64,000 bases of DNA, from positions 170,066,001 to 170,130,000 of the forward strand of contig JBITNC010000001.1 in assembly GCA_050084985.1 (NCBI GenBank), given 5' to 3'. The notes below the pieces were generated by a model, which had not been told where the DNA came from, did no database searches, and saw only the letters and a list, made by a program, of their open reading frames with translations. Of the stretch, positions 9,903 to 22,675 are shown in pieces. The translations under genes were made by a program, and so were the position numbers. Position 1 is the first letter of the stretch. Each line of letters begins with the position of its first letter. The DNA comes from Nageia nagi. Its lineage: Eukaryota; Plantae; Pinophyta.

Positions 9903-12900
9903 ATGGTTGAAACCTTCATACCTAAGCATATACTCAATGGTTCCAACTTTGGAATATGGGAACCTCATATGAAAGCTAAGCTACAAGCAAGGAAGCTGTG
10001 GCAGACAGTTAATGAAGACTTGGTCACTCCTACCGATGAGAAGGCTCTTGAAATATACAACTCAAAGAATGAGTTAGCAACTTCAATGATTTATCGTGCA
10101 GTTTCAGACGACGTCCTTCTCATGATCTCTTCTTCAATATCAGCAAAGGAAGCTTGGGATAGGCTGAAGAAAATTTACCTTGGGTCAAAATTTTCAAGGA
10201 GGTTCACCATTTTACAAAAGTTGTTGCAATATCGTCAAGGTGAAGATGAAAGTGCTTCTATATCAATGATGAGTTCATGGTCTTCATCATTCTTCAAATC
10301 CTTTCTACAAAGTTCAGTAAGGCTCGATGATGAAGAAGATGTCATCTCTCTTGATAACCTTTCTAGACTCCTTCTGAAGCATGAGGAAACTTTGAATAAG
10401 AAATGTTGAACCTTTCTCCAAAGGATAATATCATTGCTCTAGGAGCAACCAAAACTCCTTTCAAGAAGAAGTTCAAACATTATAAATTCAAAGATAACAA
10501 ATCCTCATCTACCTTCAGAAAGTATGAGAAAAAGGGCAACAATAATGGCAACTTCATGCAAAGGAATGACAAAGCTGGATCAAGCAATCCAACACCTAAG
10601 GAAAAGTTTGATGGAAATTGTAACTTTTGTGGCATCTTTGGGCACAAAGAGTATGATTGTTGTAAAAAGAAATTTGCTCAAAAAGGCAAGGGAAATGCAA
10701 ATGTGAGAAATTTCAATAATAAAAAGAAGAACAAGCATACTGCTACTGTTGCCTACTACTCAATGACTCAAACTATTTCAAATGATTGGATTGTTGATTC
10801 AGGATGCACTAATCACATGTGTTATGAAAAGGATAAGTTTGAAAATTTTCATAAATACAAGAAGGATGCAATTGTGATAGGTGATAATACAGTCCTTGAT
10901 GTTCAAGGAATAGGGAGTGTGAAGATTCATGGAAAGGTTCTTGATAATATCTTTTATGTGCCTAAACTAAGGATGAATCTTATTTTCGTAATTCAGATTA
11001 CAAGGAAAGGATATTCATTTGAGTTTACCTCACACTCCTGGTGTGTCAAGAAAGGACTTGCCACCTTCATGAAAGGATCAATAAAGGATGACCTTTATAT
11101 TGTGGATCAAGTTCCTTCAAAGATTTATCTTGCTGCAAATGTTTGTTCAAAGGGTAATCTTTGGCATCAATGATTAGGGCACCTTAACCACAAGAGTATT
11201 CAAGATATGAAAACTCAAGAACTTGTGGAAGGTTTACCTAATAATTCACCCACAGTTGGTCTCTGTGAAAGGTGCATTCTAAAAAAGATGAATAGGAAAA
11301 AGTTTGAAAAAGATAAGGCAACTCGGGCTACTCATCCTCTTCAGCTTGTGCATTCAGATTTGATGGGTCCGTTTCAGACTAAGTCTCTAGGGGAGCTTCT
11401 TATGTTCTGACCTTCATTGATGACTTCAGTAGGATGACATTTGGTTATCTACTTGAGCACAAGGAGCAAACTTTTGATAGGTTTAAAGACTTCAAGGCTC
11501 TTGTTGAAAATTAAACTGATTTTAAGATCAAGATGCTGAGATCTGATAATGGGGGTGAGTATAATAGCAATGAGTTTAACGACTATTGTGTTAAACATGG
11601 GATCAAGCAGTAATTCACAATCCCTTACACCCCTCAGCAAAATGGAGTTGCTGAAAGGAAGAATTGAACCATTATGGAAATGGCAAGGTGCATGTTGGGT
11701 AACCTTCCTAGTTTCTTATGGGGAGAAGCTATTCACACTGCTATTCACACCCTAAATAGGTGTCCTACTAAGGTAGTTGAAGGTAAAACTCCGTATGAAG
11801 CATGGACAGGAAAGAAACCTAACCTCTCACACTTTAGAGTCTTTGGTTGTGATGTATTTTCCTTCATTACCTCAGAGAAAAGAAAGAAGTTGGATAAAAG
11901 ATCAGAAAAATACATCTTTATGGGGTATGATAATCAGCATAGAGGTTACAGGCTCTACTCCTCATCCCATAAAATAGTCTTTATTTCTAGGGATGTCAAG
12001 TTCAATGAACTTCCTGAGGATACGACTTCTCATGCTGAGGTGTTTGATTCAGATGATTCTTTACTTGCACCTAACTGGTTGGATGATCATGTAGGGAAGT
12101 CACCACAAGAGCAAAATTCTCCAGCTCAGAGAATTACAAGGAGTATGACCTTGAATAACTCTTTATTTGCCAAAATTGATAATACAAATGAGCCATCAAC
12201 CTTCAAAGAAGCTTCCAAGCACGAGTGTTGGATGGAAGCTATGAAAGTTGAGTATGAGGTGCTCATGAAAAATAAAACTTGGGCTTTGGTTCCTTATCCC
12301 AATGAGAAAAATGTGATTGGAAATAAATGGATATACAAGGTCAAGTACAATTCTGATGGAAAAATTGAAAAATACAAAGCAAGGTTAGTGGCCAAAGGAT
12401 TCGCTCAGAAATATGGTATTGATTATGAGGAAACCTTTGCTCCTGTGGCCAAGATGCCTATTGTTAGGATAATCCTTGCTCTTTCTGTAGCTCAAGGATG
12501 GAAAGCTTTTCAACTTGATGTCAAGAGTGCATTTCTCAATGGTGACTTGGATGTAGAAATCTACATGAATCAACCAGAAGGATTTATTCCACAAGGAAAA
12601 GAGTCTCTTGTGTGCAAGCTAAAGAAGCCTTTGTATGGACTTAAGCAAGCACCTAGAGCATGGTACAAGAAAATTTTAGGATTCTTTGTAGATATTAGTT
12701 TTTCCAAGTGCTTCTCTGACTCAAATCTCTATGTACTCAATCAAGGAAAATACGTGGTCTTAATTCTCCTTTATGTGGATAATCTTCTCATAACTGACAA
12801 TAATATTGAAATCATCCAAGAGTGCATATCCAAACTGAAGGCAACATTTGAAATGACTGATCTAGGTCTATTGCATTACTATATTGGGATGCAAGTATAC

Positions 12901-13734
12901 CAACACAAAGATTGTACTCATCTTAGTCAATCTAAGTATATATCAGACATCTTGCAAAAGTTTGGAATGGAGTGTAAATATGCTGCAATACCTATTTCTC
13001 TTGGAATCATGGTATCTTTGAGCTCAAATTCTCAGTTGGTCGATGCTACAGCTTATAGGTAATTGATCGGTAGTCTTCTGTATTTGACTATCTCTCGACC
13101 TGATATTACCTTTGCAGTGAATCTGATGGCACGATTCATGCAAAAACCATATGTTGAACACCTCAATGTTGTTAAGAAAATCTTGAGGTATGTGGCAGGG
13201 ATAAAGGATCTTGCTCTTAAGTATTCCAAAGTGCCCTTGATTGTTCTCTTCGGGTTCTCAGATTCTAATTATGGGGGAGATAGAGATGATAAAAAATCAA
13301 CCTCTACATATGTGTTTAGCATTGGTTTAGGTGCTATTTCTTGGGCTTCCAAGAAGCAACCTACTATGACTCTTTCTACCATCAAAGTTGAATATCAAGC
13401 CATATTTGTTGCCACCCAAGATGCTATTTGGCTAAGGCATCTTCTAAACGAAATTGGGTATGAGCAAAATGGCCCATCTCTTATCTCTTTAGATAATCAA
13501 TCAGCTATCTCTTTGGCTAAGAATCTTGTCTTCCATCAAAGAACGAAACATGTGGAAATCCAAGCCCATTTTATCAGGGAGAAGGTTCTAGATGACATCA
13601 TACACTTGAAGTATTATCCATCTACTGATAACTTCGCTAATTTATTCACCAAGCCCCTTCTTGAAGCTCAGTTTAGCAAGCTTAGGGATTCTCTCGGGTT
13701 GGTGAAGTTGCCTTCAAGGGGGAGTGAAGTTTGA
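9903..13734 (+). pseudogene. Copia gag-pol polyprotein, inactivated
   Basis: Gag LNGSNFGIW; zinc knuckle CNFCGIFGHKEYDC; protease WIVDSGCTNHM; integrase LVHSDLMGP, LRSDNGGEY and QNGVAER; RT YKARLVAKGF, QLDVKSAFLNG and LYVDN; RNase H RTKHVEI. In-frame stops at ~11171, 11512, 11612, 11665 and 13060; frameshifts at ~10260, 10318 and 11395. Confidence 0.95.
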
Positions 13735-13802
13735 ACTTTTGTTAGTGATAACAACTTCACCTCTAAGAGGCCTTTTTTGTTGTTATATTGTGTTGATTAT
13801 GA

Positions 13803-13953
13803 TATACCTCCGTGGTAAGTTTGCTCTGCGTGAGAAACTTGTATCATTTTTTGAGCATATAATTGATATACCTCCGTGGTAAGTTCGCTCTGCGTAAGGA
13901 ACTTCTTGTACATTCTATACCTCCATGGTAAGTTTGCTCTATGTGAGAAACTT
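13803..13953 (+). repeat. Three copies of a 38-nt double-hairpin motif in the copia 3' region
   Basis: TATACCTCCRTGGTAAGTTYGCTCTRYGTRAGRAACTT at 13803, 13867 and 13916. Confidence 0.9.
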
Positions 13954-14436
13954 GTTGTACAATTTTTTATGCTCTATTAAAAAATCAACACATGTCTATA
14001 TACAACAGGTGACTGAGTGATGGCTTGGCATCTTCCTGATGACTTATAGTGCACCATTGATCAGTTATTTATAAGATGGCATTATTTGATTCTCTTATTT
14101 GAATATATGATGCATCTAACTAATTTTGTTCATGAGTTGCTTGTAGCATGTAGGATCTTCTTCAGAAATGCAGGTTACTCACCTTGTGTAAGCAAGCTCA
14201 TGGAGACTCACATGTCAGCTTAAAGTTGATCGACTACTATGTACAGTGAAACCAGTTGTGGTTAATGATTGTATTGTAAACCATTTTGTCAAATGGTAAT
14301 GTAGTGAGTCTCAAACTAGTTCTCAAAAAGATTCTTAAATATGTAAATGTTCTCATCTCCACTTTTATCTCTATGGAGGAGAACTCTCTCTTACTCTCTC
14401 TCTTCTCTCTTCTACGCTCTATCCCAATATTGCATT

Positions 14437-14445
14437 AAGGGGGAG
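14437..14445 (+). promoter_or_regulatory. Polypurine tract
   Basis: AAGGGGGAG directly abutting the 3' LTR. Confidence 0.9.
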
Positions 14446-14902
14446 TGTTAGAATTTGTAATGAAATATTGTGAATATCTAAACTCCTTGTAAATTCAATT
14501 AATCACTTATAGGATATGTAGATACCTTAAGGGATTAATTGAATTCTTTATTATGTAGACTTTGACTTTACCATGTGGTTAGTTGGTAGGTTAAAGTTAG
14601 GTGATACATTTATTGTAACCCTAACCTTACCCTTGGGTTAAAGGGAGGTTAGGGAGGTGCTCTCAAGCTATAAATAGAGGGCCTCTCTTCTTGTAACATA
14701 ACTAAGTTTTTGGAGTAAGATTACTCTACTAGTTGTGTAGGAGAGAAAGAGAATTGTTGTAAGAAGTGCATAGATTGAGAATTGAGAACTAGTTGTGGAT
14801 GTACTCCCAAGGAGGGAGGAACCACATTATATTTGTGTTATGTTGAATGGTTGAGTTTCCTAGTCTTGGACCTTGAGGATTAGAGTAGATCTAAATCCTT
14901 CA
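14446..14902 (+). repeat. 3' LTR of the copia element
   Basis: Near-identical to 6821-7277. Confidence 0.97.
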
Positions 14903-14907
14903 ATAAT

Positions 14908-17790
14908 TATGCCCAGTTAGCTTTTGACAATGAACAAACAAACCCAAAGGTCATAGCAAATAATCATGACTCATATTAAAATTAGAATTCCTTTCAACAG
15001 TCAACCTAAAATACACCAAAAAATGAAGCTCCTTTGAAATAGGATGCTAAGAACAAAGATAAGTGGGTAAAAGGGAGGTCTATTAAGTTTAAGTGGGTAG
15101 TAGAATTTCCTTTCATTGAGCCTGTAATTCTAGAGGATGGGAGTGAACCTACATAATGTAAATGTACAATATGTTGTTGGAAATTAGGTAGGGTTAATAC
15201 CATCCAATTAAAGTATGATAATATTCAAAATCATTATGGAAAAACATATGAAATTGTGAAAGGACAAGATGGGAATGTAATAAAGGGACTAGATGGTTGT
15301 GAACTTACACATTCTATATTTCTTAATGGAATTACATAGCTTTATAGCTTCATGAGAAGCTGCAACAAAATAATAGTTATCGTACAACTCAATAATAGTT
15401 TTTGCACATAAATACAAAGAATAACAACTCAACAATATTTATTACATGTAACAACTAAAACTAATCCTACACATTACAACCTCGTGACAATCCATGTACA
15501 ACCAAGTATGGATTGTCCAAATATATTCCCTAGACTATAACAAACCTATAGGAATGACAATCTAACAAATAGATATAATTCCTAACAAATAGGTTAGACA
15601 TGTGTATGGTCAACATTGACCAATTATTCACCCAATAATACTTAGGAATATATAAGTCCTAATTAATTAATCTAATGACTTAGAACTTAGGAATAATGTT
15701 AGAAATAGTTCCAACAATGGTAAAGCATGTATAAATCTAAAGATAAATGCAATCATAGAAAACATGATTTGGAATATGCTAAATTACAAAAAGAGCAAGA
15801 AAACAGCCAACGGAGAGGAGCATGCATTCTAAGCCATTTTGACAAATTGGTTGACTCTAACTTGACAACCAAGTAGATACAGTTTTGTATAATTTTGCAT
15901 ATTCTTAAAAAGGGTAGGCTTGTTTCAAAATTTATAAATTATAAGGTGTTATATCAGTGTGTTGGGTTAATGAACATGCCTTAGTCCCATTGGTCAAATA
16001 CTAGTGCATGGGAAATAGTAGATTGCTTGGTAATGATAGAACTTGAAGATTTAAAAAAAATATGTATCCAATGCATAATTCATTTCATTGTCTATTGATG
16101 AGGTTACCATTGTTGATAACACATCATAGGTTTGTACTCACTTGTACACTTTTGGGAAACAGAGAAGAATATCTCATCTTTTATCTATTGATAAAATGGA
16201 AGAGAATTGTAATGCAAAAAATAATTTGGTTCTATCCCATTTGAAAGAGACTGCTGGTATGGATGATGAGTCAATTGAAGAAAGCTAATTTATGTAAATT
16301 GTGATGGAGCCTTAGTTATGCATGGTGTGAGAAATGACCTTTATGTCAAAATTAAATTAGGAAGTGCCCCTTATGTGATTCCAATTCATTGCATGACACA
16401 TAGAATGAATCTTGCCTATAAAATTATCACCAAATATGATATTGCAAATAATATTAAAAATTTAATAAATGAGTCCCATGCCTTCATAGGTAGTAGTCCA
16501 AAAAGATTAAGGGGCTTTCAAGCTTTTATTGTAGGTATTACAAAAGGGAAAAGGCTACTCAAAGATGTATAAACAATATGGATATCTCTATTTGAACCAA
16601 CAAGAAAGGTGCTTAGTGAGTATAAATCCCTATCAGGTTATGTGTATGTAAATAGGAGAATTGTTGACAAGGCCAAGGATCTTTTGGATCGGTTGATAAA
16701 TTTAGACACATTGTTAACTTTAGCAAGTATGATTCCCATGTTGCAACTATTAAATAGCCTAATGAAACATGCTAAAAAAGGTTTTATATATATAATTTAA
16801 CTTTGCCAACAATTGAGTATGTTATACAATTTACAATCAAGTTATGATGATAAACATTTTCAATACTAGAGAATGCTAATTGACATCAAATATCCAAATA
16901 CTTACTTAGAGTTTGATATTCATGATTACCTTTGTTTAAATGTAAATGGGATAATGATTCTAGTGCATATTTATCAAAAAGATGAATTTATAGTTGGCTC
17001 AAATTTTGAAGCAATAAAAGTTTAGGGCTTAGTTCAGTTTGAAAGAAAAAGTTATAGTTGTATGATCCAATTTAGGGAATATCAATGTGCATTGGAAAAT
17101 GAGATTAAGAAAAGAATTGATAGAGATGAAATAATTGAAGTAATGAGTGTTATCTACCCAAATTTTTAAAATCATTCAAATGGGTTATAACTTATTGATA
17201 AAAGTTTTACAAAATTTATGGATGTTCTGATTACCCATTTTTGTGAACCTTATGAAGTCAATGGTATTCTATTTTATGGTGTTTTGAATAAAGATGTATT
17301 AAATAAATAATCATATAATTTTCTACTCACCATGCTTGCATAGTATAAGAAATTACCTGATCCACATTTTGTAGGTGCCATTCACTCACTATGGGCTGAA
17401 TTGTATGTTAGTCCTATATTGAAAGAATATATCCATGAATATTATCATTTGTATGAATTCTGTCAAATAATGGTATTAAGGTTAATATATGATAAAATAT
17501 TTTTTATTTATTTATCATTTATTAAATCAAAATACTAAAACAAATTGGAAAAACACTTGGATAGTTGCATGAGGTTGTATGTTTCACACTACTCTATTAT
17601 TAATTTTCCAATGGACATAGCATTAGAAGCTTGGACTTCTATGAAACAAAGAAGAGGTTTGAGTACTAAACTAGTTGTAACAGTCAATCTTAATGATGAA
17701 TTTGAAAATGGGATAGATAATAGCAATACAAATGAGGAGCAGAATCTTGAAGAATTATTTAAATTATCTAGACTTTTTAATCTATCATAA
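14908..17790 (+). pseudogene. hAT-superfamily (ZNF862-like) transposase pseudogene
   Basis: W..EFPF...CKCTIC (TTF-type zinc finger); SIDEVT (first catalytic D); DGA.VMHG (second D); IHCMTHRMNLA (CxxH); degenerate TRW; C-terminal LSFIKSK...LEKHLD dimerization-like domain. Many stops. Confidence 0.8.
15298..15716 (-). mobile_element. Solo LTR (419 bp) inserted in the transposase
   Basis: TGTGAACT...AGTTCCAACA termini. TSD ATGGT at 15293-15297 and 15717-15721. The transposase frame rejoins across it (KGLDG|KACINLK). Confidence 0.85.
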
Positions 17791-18479
17791 ACAATGAGAA
17801 ATTCTTAAGAGACTATTTTAGTACTTTGATATTATTATGTATCAACATTAAACTACTATTTATAGTACTATCTAATATTGAATCATGAAATACTTGCATT
17901 CAATTAATGGCTTTTATCTATTTGTTAATTGATCATTTATTTTATCTATTTTCAGTTATATTTCATTTCAAAATTTTCTTTGAACTATTAGAGATTGAAA
18001 TATTTATTGTTATTTGTCAATTTAAGAATTTGTTTCAACTATTTTTAGTAATATGGTTTTGGTTTCAAAGTAATGAAATATAGTATCCATAGAGTTATCA
18101 AGTGTTATTTGGTGTCGAAATCATCTACCTTGGTAGATATGCATCCTTTTCATGATTACCCATCTCCACCAAAATATGAAGTTTTGACATCATTATCAAA
18201 AATTTGTAGCCTTGAAAAGCCTATTCTAGTGCGTCATATCCCAGTCATTCATTATTTTATAGTTTTAGATGTCCTTTGATGACTTTGAAACTAATTTTCA
18301 ACTTAAAAAACACTAAATTTCCAATTTTAGTATTAGAACTAAGTTATTAGGTGCTCCAAAAATATGTAAATACCATGCTCCAAAATTAAGTGACATTAAT
18401 GTTCCAAAATAATGTCAGGTCACCACTCCAAAAATATAAATTTACACATTACTACTTTCCATCTCTTTTAGGAAGAAAC

Positions 18480-21400
18480 AAATGAATAATGGGCTCGAGT
18501 TCATCGACATTGACATGCATGTCCCACATATTACAAAATGTCACATTGAGAAATTAGGTGTAACATCTAAGAGATCTTGTGTAATGGCAATTTCCTTGCT
18601 AGGAATGAGGAGGTGAAGCCAACATGGGTAACATACACGAAAATCATCCACCTAGCACAACTATCACATCAATTATCATAGAATAATAATATGTATTTTA
18701 TTCTAACTTAAGATTAATAGTTTTAAATTCGTATTATGAAATGGTGCTCCAGAATACTAGGGATTTATGTTCATGAATTACAAATTCATGCCACATGGTG
18801 AGATCCTAATAAGTAAAAGAGGTGGCAAACTTCACATGATATCTTAGTTAATCATCCTCATATCAAGAGGTTTGAGTTGATTGACAAAAATGAGGTGAAA
18901 TGAGTACTTATACGGGACATTGTTAATACTATCCTACCTACAAATTCTACCTGCACTCTAAAGCCTCTTGAATTGAAATCAAATCGGTTGTAGAGACCTA
19001 GAAATTATACTACCATGGGTAAACACAAGCAAAAGAAATAACTAGCGACTATGCATGAGTTAAGAAAGGAAAAAGATATGGTGGAAGTATTTGAAAAAGA
19101 CACTTCATGGGCTTCTTTTAGAAGTTCCATAGGTTAGATGATGCTTTGGATATGGAATTTACAGAAAATTTAAGACCAATTCTATCAATCTCAAGGGACA
19201 TATAAATATAGTCACTAAGGAAATAATTAATACGATATCAAGTCTTCCAATGGAGGGAAATAGTCTTATTGAGAAGTATCATTACGATAACTCCTCTAAA
19301 AATTTCATGGGCCAAGAGAACCTCACACAAAATTATACATTAGTGGTGCACATACTCAGGGCATTAAGCATGATACTCTACCAAAGAAATGGGTTAAAGT
19401 TGCATACTAGGCAATGAAGTACTTGACTTGCAATGGATAATATGACACACTCATGGGACACCATATGAAATTATTAATATTTCTAAGGTATAGACCCCTA
19501 AACTAGTTTAATATTCCTCAATTTCTTTATCATAACTTGCAAATTATAACACAAAAAATTAGAGTAAAGAAAATGAAGAAATTTGAGGCTCTTAAATATA
19601 ATGGTGTAATAATGTTATTATATCATGAATACTTTATGCAACTACCTGATGATCAAAGGTAGTGGGAGACCTTTTTATGACAACAAACCATTTCTAAAGT
19701 AAGGGAATCCTCACATAGTGTCTCACATACTAATGCACCATCTATTGATGATGCTTTAGAAACCCTATATGATAATCTTGGAGGTTATAATATAGAAATT
19801 ACCCTTTATTATGAGTATAATCTAGAATTTGTTAAAAAAACATGTAGCCCTTGTAAGAATGTAATGCCAAGTAGTCCACTAACCTTCTCTTACTCAAATA
19901 TTAATAATATCATAAAGAACCTCATAAAAAAAGCAAAAAAATATTCATTTTATATTCATGAGATACCATAGAAATTGCAAACTCCTTATCCAAGCTGTAA
20001 GCCATCATCTAGTGCAAAATTTCAAAGTCATAAAAAGGGTAAGATTGATACTACAGTTGAATCCTTCACTAGTGATGAGGGTATCACAATTGACCTTGGT
20101 GCTGAGGAGAACATTGAGAACTCACACATGTTTATCTTCCAACAAAGGTCCAAACAAAGGATGGATAATGGTACCCCTATGAATATTGAGCCTCCAAAAA
20201 AATGATAATGCTTATTAGATAATGAAGAAGAGGACATGGAATATCGTATAGTTGGTGAAAATATATACTCTAAGAAAAATCAAATTCTAAAGGTACTAAC
20301 ATAAGTAGATCCAATACAAGCTAGACTTGACTCTCCCATGGTTCAAACCAATTTGACTAAGTGTGCGAATAATTCATATCACACTAATGTTGATGAAGTT
20401 ATTATGATACCACCCCAACATTCTCCTAAAAGAACAACAAACATGAAACCCATGGACATCCTCACTGAAGTAATCATTCAAGCATCCTTGCATGAAGATT
20501 CACCTACTCAGGTATTCATTGTTAAAATCTAGGCTTTAGAGCAAACAAACATTCAATTAATAGGAGAAAAAACTAGTTTAAAAGGAAGTCACATAGAACT
20601 AACTACTACATATCAAGAGCTATAAAGTCAAAATGAAAAGTTAATTAATGAAAAAATGTTAACGACAAACTTAGAAGCTCAATTGCAAACTATTAGAGTA
20701 TAACAAAAAGCTCTAACAGAGGAAACCATCATAATGTTTGAGTTGAATAATGCATTAAAAATTGAGGAAGAAACGTTTGATAGGTTGGACTAAGATATTG
20801 AAACCATAAGAAATGATTTGTTATTAAAATATGAGTTAATATTGGAAGCTAAAAAAGCCCATGAATCATTGTATCATAAAATTTAAATCCTGATACACCT
20901 ATTGGATCTTTAGGAGAGACTTGTTAAAAACCTAATTGAACAAAATGTTGAACTATTTCAAATAGCTTTACAACATGAGAACACTAAAAAGGAGCTAGAA
21001 AAAGTTAACACTAAAATAAATCAAGTTAAACAAGTAGTATTAGATGCTTTCTCAATGTTTAAGGAAGTATTGCAGTTACAAAACCCTATTAAAATGTATA
21101 TCATGTATTTAAAGGAATAATGCTTTAGGTGGAAAGTACAGAGAATTAAAAGAGGGCATCCGTATTTGATGCAAAACTTTGTTGAATTTTTATATTCTTA
21201 ATTTGTCACCTCAAAGGGTGGAAATAACTTGATTTGTAAATGTTATATGCATGCGTTCTTTCTTATCAAAGACACATGCAATTTTTCTAATTTGTATATG
21301 GGTGATGTTGAATTATGTACCTTTATCTCAATCTTGGCAAATCAAAGTAAATGAAGATATGATCTCATTCTGGTTAGCAAAGGGAGACATAAGATACCTT

Positions 21401-21960
21401 CTTGATTAGGGAGGAAGTTGTATACCCTCAGTTGGTAGCAAGAAAATTCAAATGATTGAACAATACACATGTTGTACATTCTACATATGCAATGATGATG
21501 AAGGAATGTTTGTCTTACTATCAAATGACCCTTAAAAATTAGTTCAATCAAGCCCTAGAAAATTGTCATCTTTAGTGGATAATGCAAAGAATGAAGCATA
21601 TCAAGAGAGAAATAATTCCTCCTAACAATCTAAAGTGGAGTTACAAAAGGGGAATGGAATTAATTGAAATTATCAGATAGAATCCAACTAGCTGAATTGG
21701 AATGCAATTTAGACCACCCCTCTTGTTGTATCCCATTCATTAATGCATAATACAAAACCACAAGAGAATATAGATTTTCATATTTGGAAGACAAAGGTAA
21801 AGTTGAAACAAGGATATGTTGTAGAGGAACATCTAAAAATAGAGGAAAGACACATATTTGTAGTTTGTATATAAGATATCATTCATTTACTACAAACTTA
21901 GCAAGAAAATTAGTAATGGGAAATTATACATCATTTTAATTATTGTAGGTGGAACAATGA
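18480..21960 (+). mobile_element. Degraded long ORF with a coiled-coil segment, probably a Ty3/gypsy accessory ORF
   Basis: Coding-like composition with many stops. Heptad-like E/K/L-rich region at 20520-21100. Ends at a purine tract followed by TG (AGGTGGAACAATG, ~21948). No gag or pol motifs recognised. Confidence 0.4.
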
Positions 21961-22389
21961 TCTAAGTTAGGGTGAGTGATGAGACATAGAAATATCTCAT
22001 ATTTTGATTACTAACAACGTAAAATTTAGTATTTTGGATGTCATCAAACTTCATAATATCATTTAAAGCTTATTGATTATTTAAGTTTAGAATGAAATAT
22101 ACATATTTATTATGTTTATGACTTATTTAATGCTAATAGTGTGTTTCATTTCTTTTAAGTGTGTTTATATTTTATTTTGCATCACAATTAACACTTATAA
22201 AAATTGGACATGAAGCTTTTGAGCTCCAAAATTATGCTATGACAAGAATGTATACGTGCTCATAGTTGTAACAAATATTTCTAATTAATTAAAATTCATA
22301 AAGTTTATTTAAAATAAATATTAAAGCATTAACATATATAAAATGTAAAATGCAAAATGATTAAGAGTCATTGCATTTATTACAACTAT

Positions 22390-22675
22390 GGATGTGCTTC
22401 AAAAAAGTGTGTTGAAACTTGAACCTAGGGGACGTGCTCTAGAAACATTTGTTGAACCTAGGGGACATGCTCTAGAAAAGTGTGTTGTACATAGGGGATG
22501 TGCTCCAAAAAAGTGTGTTCAACCTAGGGGACATGCTCTATAAAAGTGTGTTGAACCTAGGGGAAGTGCTCCAAAAAGGTATGTTGAACCTATGGTGTGT
22601 GCTCCAAAAAAAATGTGTTGAACGTAGGGGATGTGCTCTAGAAAAGTATGTTGAACCGAGGGGAAATAATCCAAA
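22390..22675. repeat. ~33-bp tandem repeat, about 8 copies
   Basis: Unit GTGTGTTGAACCTAGGGGACRTGCTCYARAAAA. Confidence 0.9.

Larger units (their letters stand above)
6821..14902 (+). mobile_element. Full-length Ty1/copia LTR retrotransposon, recent insertion
   Basis: Two 457-bp TG...CA LTRs, TSD ATAAT (6816-6820 and 14903-14907), PBS, PPT, and gag-PR-IN-RT-RH domain order. Confidence 0.97.

Noticed and set aside
14030-14100. CTGATGA as a hammerhead core or snoRNA box C
   Set aside because: No stem II plus GAAA, and no properly placed box D with a terminal stem.
22390-22675. CRISPR-like appearance of the 33-bp repeats, and ORF 22482-22742
   Set aside because: The units are head-to-tail with no unique spacers, in a eukaryotic context with no cas genes. 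The ORF is a by-product of the repeat.
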